From: Ministeria vibrans ATCC 50519
Lineage: Eukaryota > Protista > Filasterea
NCBI GenBank assembly: GCA_943704425.1
Contig: CALSCP010000491.1
Coordinates: forward strand, 45,448 to 109,447
Length of the DNA stretch: 64,000 nucleotides
Direction of reading: 5' to 3'
Shown here piece after piece: positions 17,405 to 29,875 of this stretch (position 1 is its first letter; each line of letters opens with the position of its first letter). The position numbers and the translations under genes were made by a program. The notes beneath the pieces were generated by a model. It saw only the letters and a program-made list of their open reading frames with translations, was not told the origin of the DNA and did not search any database.

Positions 17405-18417
17405 TGGATGGAGTGCGTCCTCGTCGTCGCCACCGCTCCCAAGGTACTTTGACACGGGTGTATAGGCTCTCTAGTGGCAGAGGTACGAGAAGAATTGATC
17501 TCTAGTCACGCCGTTGCAACTGTCGTTACGCTTGACGGGTCGCCGATCATGCAGGCAGAATGAATACCCGCCCCGCCCTCGCTCACACAAATCACTCTTC
17601 CATCCTCATCACCACTTACTTGGCTACCGCCCGATACCATTCCGAACCAAAACACCCAATAAAATCGCCGCCGGGAGCCGTGCAGCTCAGCCTCGCTTAT
17701 TCTTTGCCCTTCTCTTTTAAGATTGTGACGTTGCAAACCTTATATTCAACTCACTACTCGGCTTTCCTCGCCATTGAGACTATTGTTCACCCGCCACGCA
17801 TCTTGCACAATTCAGTAATGTGTGATTGTGGCAAGGACGGGCCGTGAGATGCTCATTCAACGAAGCTCCCGGATGCTTGTGCGCATTTGGCGTCCCCCTC
17901 AGCGTGCGCCTCTCCCTCCTCCCCAACTTCGGCCAATCGGCGTCGTATACACGTGCACACTGATGTGGTGCTCTTATCGTGCGGTGGCAGTCCCTCCCAT
18001 GCTCTGAATCGGCGGTGGGATCGTTATCGCGAAGACAGAAAGACGAAACAAAACCATTTTGCTGTAACAGAACGATGAGGTAGAAATTAATTCGATGCGG
18101 AGCGAATCGCTACTGAAGCGTGCAATACAAGCATGTGATGTCTGAAAGAATTGCATGATCCTACAGAGGAGGGAGCGGAGCCTCTGCCAAGCGTGCACTT
18201 GAGCAAACCATTGCAGTGCGTGTTTCAGACTGTGTGTGACCTTTGTCTCTACTCCAGTCCCTTCCTTCCCCATTCAGTCAGGCGGGCTATTCTGTATAAT
18301 CTCTTAGTTCTCTATGAGTGTCAGAGCGAGTCATCTTCTTTCACCCCCCCTTTTTTTCTTACAAGTACACAAAGTTTTTTTTATATAATATACAATCATG
18401 CATAAAATATATATATA

Positions 18418-20985
18418 TTACGTGGACTGGTGCAAGCGCAAGAAATGGGCAATGCGGCGATGGCACATGGACCAGAGAAAAGGCATTCGGGTGGTGTGTG
18501 CGCCAATCAGGGCACCAAGACGAACGCGGTCGCGCCAGCGGAGGAGGGCAAGGAGGGCCTCAAGGGAGGCAGGGGCGGGACGGGTGTCGTGGGAGAGAAG
18601 GGGCTGCGGAGAGGCCAGCCAGGCGTGAGGAGAGTCAAGCAAAATGGCGTCGAGACAATGTGCCAGCTCAATACGGGCCGTGAGTGTGTCGCCAATGCGC
18701 TGTACGCCATGCCAGACAAGATCGCCAATGCGCTGTCCGTCCCTGTACACCCCTGCTGCCGTACGGAGCGACTGCAGTACTGCCTCGCCCAGCACACCCG
18801 ACGCACCAGGCGCATAGTACAGCAAAGCGGTCAGCACAGACGACGGACTTGTAGCAGCAGTACTGCTCGTACTATTCGTAGTAGTAGAGGTAGTAGTAGT
18901 AGTAGTGGTGGCAGTGGTAGTAGTAGAAGTGGCGGTAGCACTTGAGAACAGCCCCGCAATGTTGGTCGCCACTTCAGCCGCAAATGACGACGAAATTAAT
19001 GCAAAAATGTCACCAGTGGCAGTGTCGCTTTCTCCATCGCTGCACCTACTCTCACTACAACCAAAGTTCGTTGTGCTCGCAGAGTCGTGTCGTTCGAGAT
19101 GTTCGAGTGCCCAGTCGATGAGGCGGAAGAGGACACTGCGCAGGAAGACAGGCTGCATTAGCAGCGCATAGAGTTGTGTGGCTGCGTCTTCGATGAGGCG
19201 GTTGTAGTGCACAAGCCAGCGCAGTGGGGCGGAAAAGAGAGAGCGCACAAAGGAGGAGCGAGCGGAACTGTCGAGGGATGAGCTCGCGAGAGAGCGTAAG
19301 AGATGAGTGAGCAGTGCACGCGCAAATGAGTCTCCCGAGGCACTTCCAAGGTCGTCACGGGCAGCAACAGTGGCATAGACAGAGGGATGTGTGTCGCGAA
19401 TGAACGCAACGAGAGCAGAGCGGATGTGAGTGGGGCTGGTGGAGTCGATTAAAAGCGCGGAAAGACGGATGGCGGAAGGGGAGAGGAAGAGTGCGTCGAC
19501 AAAGGGCTGTGCAAAGTCACAGGAAGGGGGGAGAGGGGCTGAGAGGAAAAGGGACAGTGCTGTATGAAGGAAGGGCGATGAAGGATAGAGAATGCGCTCG
19601 AGACGACGCAGAGAGTGTTCGAGAAAATCACTTTCGCGAGTGCTGGTGCGAGTGTTGTCGTGAGGCGACTCGTGTAGTGGGTGAGTTGTGATGAGAATGG
19701 CCGGGTGGATCAGATTGCGCTGTTGAAGTTGATGGAGAGCGCTCGTTGGCGATGGTGTGGTGAGAAGAAGTGTTTGGAAGTCGCGGAAGACTGTGACTTG
19801 TTGGTGGAGAAGATGAGTGAAGGAGAGCACAAGCGAGGGGAGGTGGGTTCGGAGGGGAAAGTGAAAGAGATGGAGGAGGGGCGGGAGAGCAAGGGAGTGA
19901 AGGGCGGACAAAAGGGCTGACTTGACGCTAAGAATGCCTTCGGTGTCAAGCTGGATGGGAATGCGACGGTCGCTTGTGCGAAAACGCGCCGCGATCGTCT
20001 TGTTGATGCGGTCGGCAGCGTGGCGCAAGACATCGTCGTCGAGAAGACGGTATTCGCGTGCGACAAAGTCAAGGGCTTGATGGAGGAGCGCCGATAGACG
20101 CGCGTCAATGGCACTTTCGATTGGGTTGCGAGGATGGTGCGAGACGCCGGTTGCGGCAGCGGAGGCGACGATACGTACGGTGCGCGACGCGGACGGTAAT
20201 GATTTTGTTGCCGTTGTGGTGGTAGCGGTGGTGCTGCTGCTGCTGCAGGTGGAAATGCCTTTAATCGAGGGGCAAGCAGGCGTGTAGAGGTGGCGAAAGG
20301 CGGAAGGAGAGCCGACTGGTGAGAGGAAGAGATCGTCATCGTCGTCGTCGTCGTTGTCGTCGTCGTTTGTTGTTGCGTCCTCGCTGCCTTTGTCGTTGGC
20401 AAAGACACTGCCAATGGCCACATCGTCATCGTCGTCACCATCGACACTACCATCGTCGTCGTCAGCGTCGTCGCTCTCTTCGCCCGCACTCTGCCTGTTG
20501 TCGAGTGCAGCCCATTCGGAGAGAGGCTGGACGAGCCACACGTCCAGCATGGTCAGCAGGAACAAGGCTTGCTCGTGAGAGCGGCGTTGTGCAATCTGTT
20601 GTGTGGTGTACCGCAAGAGAATCTGCAGGCCGACGTCGAGGGAGCCGACAAGAGCCTGTTCGCTGCTGGCGAAGGGTTGCGACGGAACGCGCACCAAATT
20701 CAAAATAGACGAATGCAGCGCACCGTGCCGCCGTGCCAGCGCAGTCAACAGCACCGCCAGACGTCCAGACAGCGTCTTGATGCGTCGGTAGCGCTGCTGC
20801 CGAACGTGTCGCGACGGTGCGGCCGGCGAGCGCGGCAGAAATAGACTTTGCGTTGTGTGTCGCAAATTCGTTGAGTGACCTCGAGGCGAGGCGAGAATGG
20901 GCGTCGCCGGCGCACCCACGGGAGTGAATCGGTGCATCCATGGTCGGCCGTCGGGCGGGTCTGGTGGAGTTGAGAAAAGAGGCAT
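18418..20985 (-). CDS. Large intronless helical protein of unknown function, weak resemblance to PXA/Nexin_C sorting-nexin regions
   Basis: ~855 aa ORF; LYALLMQPVFLRSVLFRLIDWALEHL resembles the Nexin_C helix; acidic and Thr-rich linkers. Confidence 0.55.
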   Translation of the reverse strand: MPLFSTPPDPPDGRPWMHRFTPVGAPATPILASPRGHSTNLRHTTQSLFLPRSPAAPSRHVRQQRYRRIKTLSGRLAVLLTALARRHGALHSSILNLVRVPSQPFASSEQALVGSLDVGLQILLRYTTQQIAQRRSHEQALFLLTMLDVWLVQPLSEWAALDNRQSAGEESDDADDDDGSVDGDDDDDVAIGSVFANDKGSEDATTNDDDNDDDDDDDLFLSPVGSPSAFRHLYTPACPSIKGISTCSSSSTTATTTTATKSLPSASRTVRIVASAAATGVSHHPRNPIESAIDARLSALLHQALDFVAREYRLLDDDVLRHAADRINKTIAARFRTSDRRIPIQLDTEGILSVKSALLSALHSLALPPLLHLFHFPLRTHLPSLVLSFTHLLHQQVTVFRDFQTLLLTTPSPTSALHQLQQRNLIHPAILITTHPLHESPHDNTRTSTRESDFLEHSLRRLERILYPSSPFLHTALSLFLSAPLPPSCDFAQPFVDALFLSPSAIRLSALLIDSTSPTHIRSALVAFIRDTHPSVYATVAARDDLGSASGDSFARALLTHLLRSLASSSLDSSARSSFVRSLFSAPLRWLVHYNRLIEDAATQLYALLMQPVFLRSVLFRLIDWALEHLERHDSASTTNFGCSESRCSDGESDTATGDIFALISSSFAAEVATNIAGLFSSATATSTTTTATTTTTTTSTTTNSTSSTAATSPSSVLTALLYYAPGASGVLGEAVLQSLRTAAGVYRDGQRIGDLVWHGVQRIGDTLTARIELAHCLDAILLDSPHAWLASPQPLLSHDTRPAPASLEALLALLRWRDRVRLGALIGAHTTRMPFLWSMCHRRIAHFLRLHQST

Positions 20986-21052
20986 AAAAAAATAAGAAAA
21001 ATAATAGATCACTTAGTTATAGTTGTTAATTGTTTCGCACACAAGTTCCATC

Positions 21053-22081
21053 ATGGCCGTCCAGCTAACGGACGGCATGGTGATTGCCCTCCAGCTCAAG
21101 GCGACGCACAGGAGTCTTAGGGTCCTTAAATCGGGCACTTTAGGTCATTTTGATTGATTTCAATTTTTGACATTCAGCGTCGATTAAAACCCGCCGCCCA
21201 CCTGCTTGCGTAGAGTGTACGGGTGATCAGACAGACCCTTCATGTCACTTTACAGTCAAAGAGAGTCAGTTGGCGCAAAAAGTGGTTTTTTTTTGGTTTT
21301 TTTCTAACTTTTCTCTTCTCAGCTCTCCCTCAAAAGTTTGAGTTTCATTCAGTCGGGGAACCGTCTCGTCAGCTTGGCGTTGCTCAAAATGGTCTTGCTG
21401 TGGGCTACACGCTGCCGACCAAGGACTGGATGACGTTTATTCCGCTCTATCACTCGGACGGATCCTTTTCTGTATGCAATGGCCATTCTATTCGCTGACA
21501 CTGAGTGAGCACTGACTCCGTCTTTCGCCCGCACCACCCGCTCCAGCTCAAAGTTGCTCACAAGTTCCGCAATGTGCTGCTTGCCTTTGACAAAAAGGGA
21601 AAGCCCGTCACGAATGTCAAGGATGTTAAGGAGACCAACATGTTTACCATGTTCCTCGTCGGCGGTGGTCCCCCGCCGCCACACGCAGGCCCTGCAGCAG
21701 CCGGCTATCCTTGTCCGCCAGGTGGCATGCAGGGCTACCCCGCTGCCTACCCTGCTGGCCAACCTGGCTACCCTCCCCCAGGCGCATACCCTCCCCCAGG
21801 CGCATACCCTCCCCCAGGCGCAGCCGCATACCCTCCCTCAGGCTCGGCCGCGTACCCGCTCCCAGGCGCAGCCGCGTACCCGCCTCCAGGCGCAGCCGCG
21901 TACCCTCCTCCAGGCGCAGCCGCTAACCCTGGCTACCCTCCTCCTCGTAACACACAGAGAAATGCATAGACGCCAACTCATTTTTTTCATACCTGTCTAG
22001 AAATGCAATACCCTCCTCCGCCTTCCGCGGGCTATCCTGCGCCCGCTCAAGGCGGCCCGCCCCAAATGCCTCCAGCATACT
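21053..22081 (+). CDS. Probable beta-trefoil (fascin-like) domain plus YPPPGA-repeat tail ending in a PPAY motif, multi-exon
   Basis: Spliced reading MAVQLTDGMVIALQLKATHRSLRV...GSFS|LKVAHKFRNVLLAFDKKGKPV; tandem AYPPPGA; last exon ...QMPPAYSEVEKK*. Confidence 0.55.
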
Positions 22082-22493
22082 CTGAAGTGGAGAAGAAATA
22101 AAAGACACAACACATCATCTTCTGATTTCTCAATTACGATAGTGATTGACTCGTGGATTCGCTTTTGACCGTACGTCTTCTTCTTCCTCTGCAAAAGACC
22201 GCTCACTCGGTCACCCCCGCCCTCTTCTTCACCCACTTAGTGTTTTATTTCAAATACACCCTGTTTCTACATCCGGATCTCCTGCCTTTGCTCTCAACTT
22301 CTGATGGATTCGGTGAGACTATTCAAATCAAACTTTCGAACCAATACTCAATTCTTATCAATTTTTCTTTGAAACACCCTCTCCACCTCCACCGCGGCCC
22401 TCCCGCCCTTCCCCCTTCCCCGTTCTCTCGTGCTGCATTGCGCTCTGGCCTGAATTCGGCTTTCTACAGCGTCTTTTTGTCCACACGGCTTCG

Positions 22494-23513
22494 ATGTATT
22501 CGCAAACAGCCACATCACGACGCGGTGGGCGCCCCCTGATGTATCCCACGGGCGGCGGCTCCGTGGGATCCACAGCCAGGTTCAACAATGCGCTCATGGA
22601 GGAGTCTGAGTACGAGGAGAAGCGTGGCAAGTGGAAGGTCGGCAAAAAAACGGTCTTGCTCGTGTTCGCGCTGGCTCTGGTCGCCTTTTACTACCTGTAC
22701 GCGCTGGAGGGCGCCGGCGGGCCCGTGGGCAACGCGCTCACGGTCGAAGGCGACACTGCAGACACCATGGTCGGCGTCAAGGCCGACACCGCCGAGCGCC
22801 TTCGCTCCGCCCTGGCCCACAGCGGCCACGAGAGCGCCCCGTACGCTGCGGCGCTTGTCGTCGCTGCCACTGAGGCGCTCTCTGCGGGACACGTTGAGAT
22901 GGCCCAGGAGAGACTGCGAGAGGCTATTGGCATTCGCGAAAGAGTCCTGGGCAGAGATCGAATGGTACCACAAAGGCACTGCGTGTCTCGCTGGATGTTT
23001 CAACCTTTTTTCCTTTCTTACAGGCGGTTGCAGCGCCACTCTTCACACTGGGCAAAATCATTGCAGACCAAGGGAACGTAGAAGGCTCGCTGCCTCTGCT
23101 GGAGCGCGCACGCAACATCTTCCACGACAAACGAGGTCCGCTGCACACAGACTACGCACACGCACTCATTGTTATTGGCGGGGTCCACTCGGCGCGTGGT
23201 GACTTTGACAAGGCCTTTGATAGCGTCTCGCAAGGCATTTCTATCCTCAGAGTACGGGGAAAGCGAGCCCTACACACATATATTTACTAACAGTGCCTCT
23301 CTGTCTGTCCAGGGAGCAACCCTCACTGGTCACAGCATCACCCACACTGCCATCAAGACCGCCACGCGTATCATCTCCGCCGATCACTGTGCCAAATCCC
23401 GTCAGCTCGTTGAAAAAGCAGTCCATCTTATGCCCGCCTCAGCAGACAATGCAGTGCGTGCATCCGCCCGTGCTGCAATGGATAGTCTCAAAGATCACTG
23501 TCCCGTTGCTTGA
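22494..23513 (+). CDS. Single-pass membrane TPR-repeat protein, 3 exons
   Basis: TM segment VLLVFALALVAFYYLY; kinesin-light-chain-type TPRs (LREAIGIRERVLG, LLERARNIFHDKRGPLHTDYA). Confidence 0.65.
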
Positions 23514-23679
23514 TCCTCACCTTTCCTCTCTCTTGTACATCTCATGTTGAACCACAAAACCCATTTTGCTTTAAAGTNNNNNNNNNNNNNNNNNNNNNNN
23601 NNNNNNNNNNNNNNNNNNNNNNNNNNNNNNNNNNNNNNNNNNNNNNNNNNNNNNNNNNNNNNNNNNNTGCTTTTTGAGT

Positions 23680-23808
23680 ATGTCACATGGCGGCGGTGGA
23701 GCAGACCAGAGCGGGGAAATGAAAGCAGAGTTGCGAAAACGCCTGGAGAACTCTGTCAACGAACTGGGACTGTTGTCGAAATTGCTTGTCAAAGGTACAC
23801 AATGGCGC

Positions 23809-23844
<36 letters not shown>

Positions 23845-24330
23845 CACTCTTTGCACTTCCATTCAGGCTCCGGGTCACACGAGTCAATTATACGTGTTGC
23901 CAAGTCGTTCAGTGCCTCCGAAACGTCCATTGGCTCGTGTGAGGCGGCCCTTCATCGCGCCGACGTGTCCTTGCGCAAAATCGATTTTTTGTAAGACTGA
24001 GTCTTTTCTCTCTGATCCCACTCACTCACTCACGCACGCACTCACTCACTCACTCACACACACACACACATCCATACACACACTTGTATTTGGCTTGGCA
24101 TGGCACTCAGAATGGCCCAAATCACAACAAGGTAAAGGCAAGAGAGAGACAGTCGCACTACCGCTCATCGCTCATCGCTCATCGCTCATCCGTGCTGCTG
24201 CAGTGCCTCTGAGATTCCCTGGATTGTCACCTACGCACATGCCCTGGAAAGAAGAGGCCGCACAGGCGCACCATCACGACCACAACCACCACCGGCGGCT
24301 GTTTCCAGTGACCCAACCGCAACCGAATGA
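23680..24330 (+). CDS. BORCS7: BORC subunit 7-like; stop either at 23994 or, after a further intron, at 24330
   Basis: LENSVNELGLLSKLLVK|GSGSHESIIRVAKSFSASETSIGSCEAAL parallels BORCS7 LTKQVLKGSRSSELLGQAARNM. Confidence 0.62.
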
Positions 24331-24372
24331 CTCCTTTTTCATAATATTGTACTCTATTATTTTTTTTTCATG

Positions 24373-25523
24373 TCACAAGTGCTGCTGAAGAAAGTCGGCC
24401 AGTTCGGTATGCTCAGCGACAGCATAGGAGTAGTCAAGTGCGGCGGGGGCGCGTTCGACCGCATCACAGACGTCGTCCAGGAGACGCGCGCGTGAGTGTG
24501 CGAGGCCCGACTGTGCAAGAAACACGCTCACATGGACAATGTGTACGTGCAGATGGTAGTATGTAGGCGGGTAATGCAGGTAGCACACCAGCTGGTCGCG
24601 CGTGACTGTCGCGTGCCGTTTTGTCAGCGTTTCCAGTGCCTGCTGTTGGATCTGTCGCAAATGCGCACTCTCTGCTTTGCTCTTGATCGACCGAATCGAT
24701 CGCAGTGCCCGATTTCGCGTCAACGCAACGTAGTGCAATTCCTGAACGTTTTTCCCTGCATGCACACAAAAGAATGAGAAAGGCGAAAAGTATGGATTCT
24801 GTTCGTACCGTCGAATTTGAGATCGGGATGAATCATAAACCCGTTTGTCGGATCAGGATCGTCAAAGACACATGCTTCCCATTCGCACTTGCGGCTCAGG
24901 ATGTTCTCCACCCACTGCGTGGTTGATGCGGGTATTTTGTCAACAAATAACGGTCTAAGAATAGTATAATATAATATAAATAATATCATTATGATTATTA
25001 GTAAAATTATTTATATTCATAACAAATTATTATAACACGTTTGACCTTACCCCAATTTTTCGTTGTAAAATTGAGCGGTTTCGCGAAAGAAGAACGATCG
25101 TCGATATGAGTACTTATCAATGTGCTTCTGAGTGCACGGATGGATCACACGGACTTTCAACTCGTCGACAATTTTGGCGCTTGACAGGAAACGACACACA
25201 AGTCAATGCGACACACAAAAAAGAGTTTCTCCTACCTCAAAACTGTGTAAATATCATTAGCCAGGTCCACAGTCGCAGTGGTTCCAGCAAGTTTCTTCAG
25301 TAACCCCTCGCCGTCGGCGGCAGACGGAGCGGTCTTTTGAATGAGAACCACCTAAACAGAGCAGATCAAGGACAGTCCGTCAATCTCTCAGTCTACGACG
25401 AACCGCATCGCCTTCCAGCTGCCCTTCCTCGAACGTCTGCGTCCTGATGAGCAATGCGATCATCTTCTCTTCGATGTACTCATTGATGCAGCGCACCACA
25501 GTGGCTCCGACCAGTGCGTCCAT
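24373..25523 (-). CDS. DCPS: m7GpppX scavenger decapping enzyme, multi-exon
   Basis: NDIY, VIHPCTQKHIDKY, WVENIL, DPDPTNGFMIHPDLKFDG, HIT motif HYPPTYYHLHVH. Confidence 0.92.
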
Positions 25524-25797
25524 CAAGAAGAGAAATATTATGAATATGAATAATTATTTTAGTTTTAAAGATCAAAAATCAAAAAGACACGTCGCTCAAC
25601 ACTTGGTGTGTGTCACTTCCCGGTAACCCGAACAAAATACCAAACAATTGCATCCCGGCCAACATGCCTTCGGATCTCAGTCATCTCACAGACACTTGTT
25701 CGTTTCTTAAAATGAGCACTTTCTACGCACTCACTGTCTGTCTGTCACACACACTGACCGCCCATAACGAAAAAAAGTAACGGGTATATAGTACGAA

Positions 25798-28766
25798 TTA
25801 CATTCCCTTCTTGCGGTGGAGCCGTTCGTACGCCTTTTGCATCATTTCGCGCATCCTCATTTCCCCCTTTGTCTTCTTCTCCTTCACCTTCTTCACTCGT
25901 CCCTTGTCAATCTCCCGATCCATCTTGTCATGCCAATTCCGCTAAGAGATAATAAAAAACAAACATTTAGTAGTGGGATATTTATTATTGCCATTGCTAT
26001 TCATATTTTTTACAGGATTTGTGTGAACCAATTTCTGAGAGTCGTTTGAATTCACTCCGGAATCCCACGATTGAACTATTCATACAAAAATAAAATTGAT
26101 TAAATTTATATAAAAAATTAGTATTACGAAATATTAACAGTAGTGTGTTTGTTTTACCGGTTGAGCCAAACCCGACAAATGAGCGATCTTTCCGCAATAG
26201 ACTAACAGTACTCTCAATTCCCTTCTTTCCCTTCCACATCAACACATTCTTCTTCTTCTTCGTTTTCGTTTCCGTGTTCTTCTCGTCCGTTTCGTTCTCT
26301 TCTCCTTCGTCCTTTGGCTCCGTCATTCTCATTCGCTTCTCTTCTCTTTCTTCTTCTTCTTTTTCTTTCTCTTCGTCTTCTCGTGCTCTCTTTTTCTTCT
26401 TCTTCTTCTTCTTCTTCTCACTCACCTCCATTCCACTGCCAATCTCACCCACTTTCATCTCACTCACTTTCTTCTCAATCAGTTTTTTCTCCGTCAATTT
26501 CTTCTCAATCAGTTTCGTCTCCAACCGCTCTCTGCCACTCTGTTGAATCGTCTTCTCCACGGCACTCCCTTTCAACTGTTGTTCCTTTTCCATCCGTTCC
26601 CGTCTCTTCTGTTCCTTCTTCAGCTCCTTCCGTCTCCGTTTCTTCTCCTTCCGACTCAGCACAGGGCTCTCTTCTTTCTGTCCTACTTCTGCTGCCTCTT
26701 CCTCATCGCTTGTGTCTGGCTCAGCCGCACACACAATCCCTTCCCCAAACACAACCGAAGCCAACGCACTCCCCTTCACACCACCACCACTACTGCTACT
26801 TGTTACCGTGGCCTTCATCTTGGGTCGCTTGGTTGACTGCACTAGCACCGCAGGCGCACTGTCGCTAATCTGAATGGGATTGGTGCGACTGTAGAACAGC
26901 AGATACGCCTGTTGCTCAAGCACAGTAGACTCGCGCACCCGTGACACCTTTACAATGTCATTTAGATGCACTCTCACTGCAACACTCGCTTCGTGCTTAC
27001 CGATTCATCGTTGCAGCAAAACCAATCGCCTTTGGGGGAGCGCACAAACGAGTAGTAATGACCTGAGTTGCACGAGTGACCCGAATGCACCAGCACCGCA
27101 TAGAGACGGTACACTGGCGCATCAGTCGACTGACAACCGGTCAGAGTGAAAATAAATAAGTGTGAGTGAATTTGTAATTTGAGTGGTTAAGTGTACCTTT
27201 TCTGTCATGTACGGCGCTAGAGATAGTTCCGGTTTGAATTGAACTGGACGGGACACTTTTCCGCCGTACGAGCCCCACTAAAAAAACGAGGTAAGACTTC
27301 AAAAAACAAACATATGAAAGAGACGGGAAAGTCTCATACTTGGAAGCGTTTGAGATGGATGGTGAGGATGTTTGGCGCGTGTGCAATAGTGAGACGCTTC
27401 TCCGCACGAACTTTGTTTTTGCAACTGGAAGAGAGTAAAAGAGAACGTGAGTGAGAGAGAGCGGGATGAAGAGATCGCAAAGCGATTTCATCACGTCTTG
27501 TTGTTCGAAGTGTTAGGAGTAGGCCTACACTTGACTTACCCTTCGCATTTGTACATGTTGTCCTTGTCAAGAGTTTCCTTGCGAGTAAACTTTGCCAATG
27601 CCGCATCCACCGACACAACTCCTTTGCTCAATTCCAGCGACAGATCCAACGCAGATTCATTGTGAGCCGAAATTCGTCGACAGTTCTACACATAAAAGTC
27701 ACAGTCAGCTTCTCGTACTCAAAACCCCGCCCACGGACACTTTTCTTTTTCTCTCTTTCTGTGTCTTTACTGTGCAAAGGATTTGAGAGCACAACTGCAG
27801 GCCAAACGTGCGATGGAGAAATGTCGTTTCTTGCACAGAAAACGGGAGTCTGAAACAGAGAAATAAGAATCACTTCAAAGTCTCTCTCTCTCTTTCTTTC
27901 TTTCTCAACGATTTTTAGCGTACTTTGGAAGATTCTTGAGAAATGAAGATTGAAGTTTGTCGAGCAGACAGCGCAGATACTCATGCGCATCCTCCTGATA
28001 GCCCAGTCGGAACGACCGGTTAATCACTGCCACATAGTCAAAGTAGTCAGTCGGTGAGTCAACGAGTGAATCAGTGAGTGAATCAGTGAGTGAGTCGATG
28101 AGTGAATCAGTGAGTGAATCAGTGAGTGAGCCAAAGGAAATAAAATAATAAGGAAATAAATAGGGGAAAAGAACAGTCAACGATTGAGTAACGTCGTAAA
28201 TGAATACAAACATGTACAATTTGCGTCACACTACGACGTTGTAAATGAATACAAACATGTACAATTTGCGCCACACTACTCTGTGTTGCCTTTTTGTCTT
28301 ACTTCTGAGTGATTTGACCATAGGAACAGGCTTAATGACTGGACGCAAAGACTTTTTTGAGGCAGAAAAGGAGGTACAGATGTGATGAACAAGAATACAC
28401 TGTGCACACGACGAAGAACCTACATATAATAAAAATATTATTTTCAAGGTTAGCGTTAGGGTTGCACTTGTCAGTAGGTAAGGCATAGCTGGATATCACT
28501 CGCTCTTGAACTTACAGTTTGCTCTGCTGTGCTGGTCTGTGAGTGCGTAGTTTGCGAGTGGCGCAGTGTGTGTGAGACACTGTAACACTGAATTCATAAA
28601 ACTACACCGGAAAAAAAAGAAGAAAAATATGCACTCAATATCTCAGATTATCAATATAAATGGTAGTACCAAGTGTTTCCACAGTTGATGAGTCCAGCGC
28701 CAGGCGAACGGTCTTCCTTCCAGTGCATAAGCGCGCATGCCCGCTCGACTGGGTACAACTGTGTCT

Positions 28767-28803
<37 letters not shown>

Positions 28804-29403
28804 ACACACAATGATTCTTGTTACTCTCCGTGCATATGTATTTGAGTGGGGGTGAGAAGCTGCATACGGTTTCCGGCTCTCTGCGTTTGGGCTCGTGCGG
28901 TGCTTTGGGGTCGTGTGCTGCAGATGCAGTGGAGGAGGATGAGACGCCCTTGCTCGAACTCTCTTTGGTCGTCTACAAAGACACGCATTCGGTCAGTGTG
29001 CTGCCGCCAACAACCGCTGAGCGGCACGGTGTGTTTGGTCAAGGATAAGCGCGCGTGTGAGGGGAAAACGGAGGACACAAAGACACTCAGTCCATCGCCG
29101 CTCAGTCTGCCGTCACCCCACGCGAATTGGACTGCCTCCCGTGTTTACTGCCAGACGGCTGCCACGCAGATCTGTGCATTGGCGGCACAGCACACACGCG
29201 ATTCAGCCGGAAACGGAATGGCACGCGAGAACAGCAAATTTCCATTTTTTGGCTCTTTGCTAAAAGCACAAAATCCAAAGTGCCAACGAACGTACCAGTT
29301 GAAATGGATCGGGACGACGTGCTCGGTGGAACTTGATCTTGCGTAGAGGTGCCGAGGACTTCTCCTTCTGGACGATTTTCCTCAATTTTGCAACGTCCGT
29401 CAT
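25798..29403 (-). CDS. USP36/USP42-family ubiquitin hydrolase, multi-exon
   Basis: GLINCGNT|CFMNSVLQCLTHTAPL Cys box, QEDAHEYLR, LTIHLKRF, LVHSGHSCNSGHYY His box, AYLLFY, K/E-rich tail with DKGRVKKVK. Confidence 0.88.
28050..28282. repeat. Intronic (GTGAGTGAATCA)-type repeats and a ~45 bp tandem duplication
   Basis: GTAAATGAATACAAACATGTACAATTTGCG occurs twice (~28196 and ~28241). Confidence 0.85.
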
Positions 29404-29875
29404 TATGCAGAGTAGACAAGCGAGAAGAGACTCAAGAGAGTGTGGCCGGTCAATCAAAGGCCCGTGCTTCTCTCTCTTTTTCTCTTCGTGACCGTATACG
29501 AATCAAGATTCAAGAAACGTGAATAAAAAGATTTCAATTTGATTCAATTTGATTCACACAAATCTTCATCACATCCGCCTCCACTCTACAGGCTGAAAGG
29601 TTTTATCCATACCTCGGCCGATCTTCCATCTTTCATCTTTGCTCTCGTGTCTTCCTTACTGGCGATCGATTGCCCATCAGAGAAAACGTTATTAAATTTT
29701 TATGTACAATCTATGAATATTGAGTCTCACGCTCCCTCTCACTCACCACGACCACTATCACGTTAATTACAGTCCGCGACAAGCACCACCACTCCACCAA
29801 CTCACGCACGCCTTAACGATTGTTTTGTTGTTTTCAGTGTCAATCTCCATCAATCAATCAACCTGCGGTTTCACA

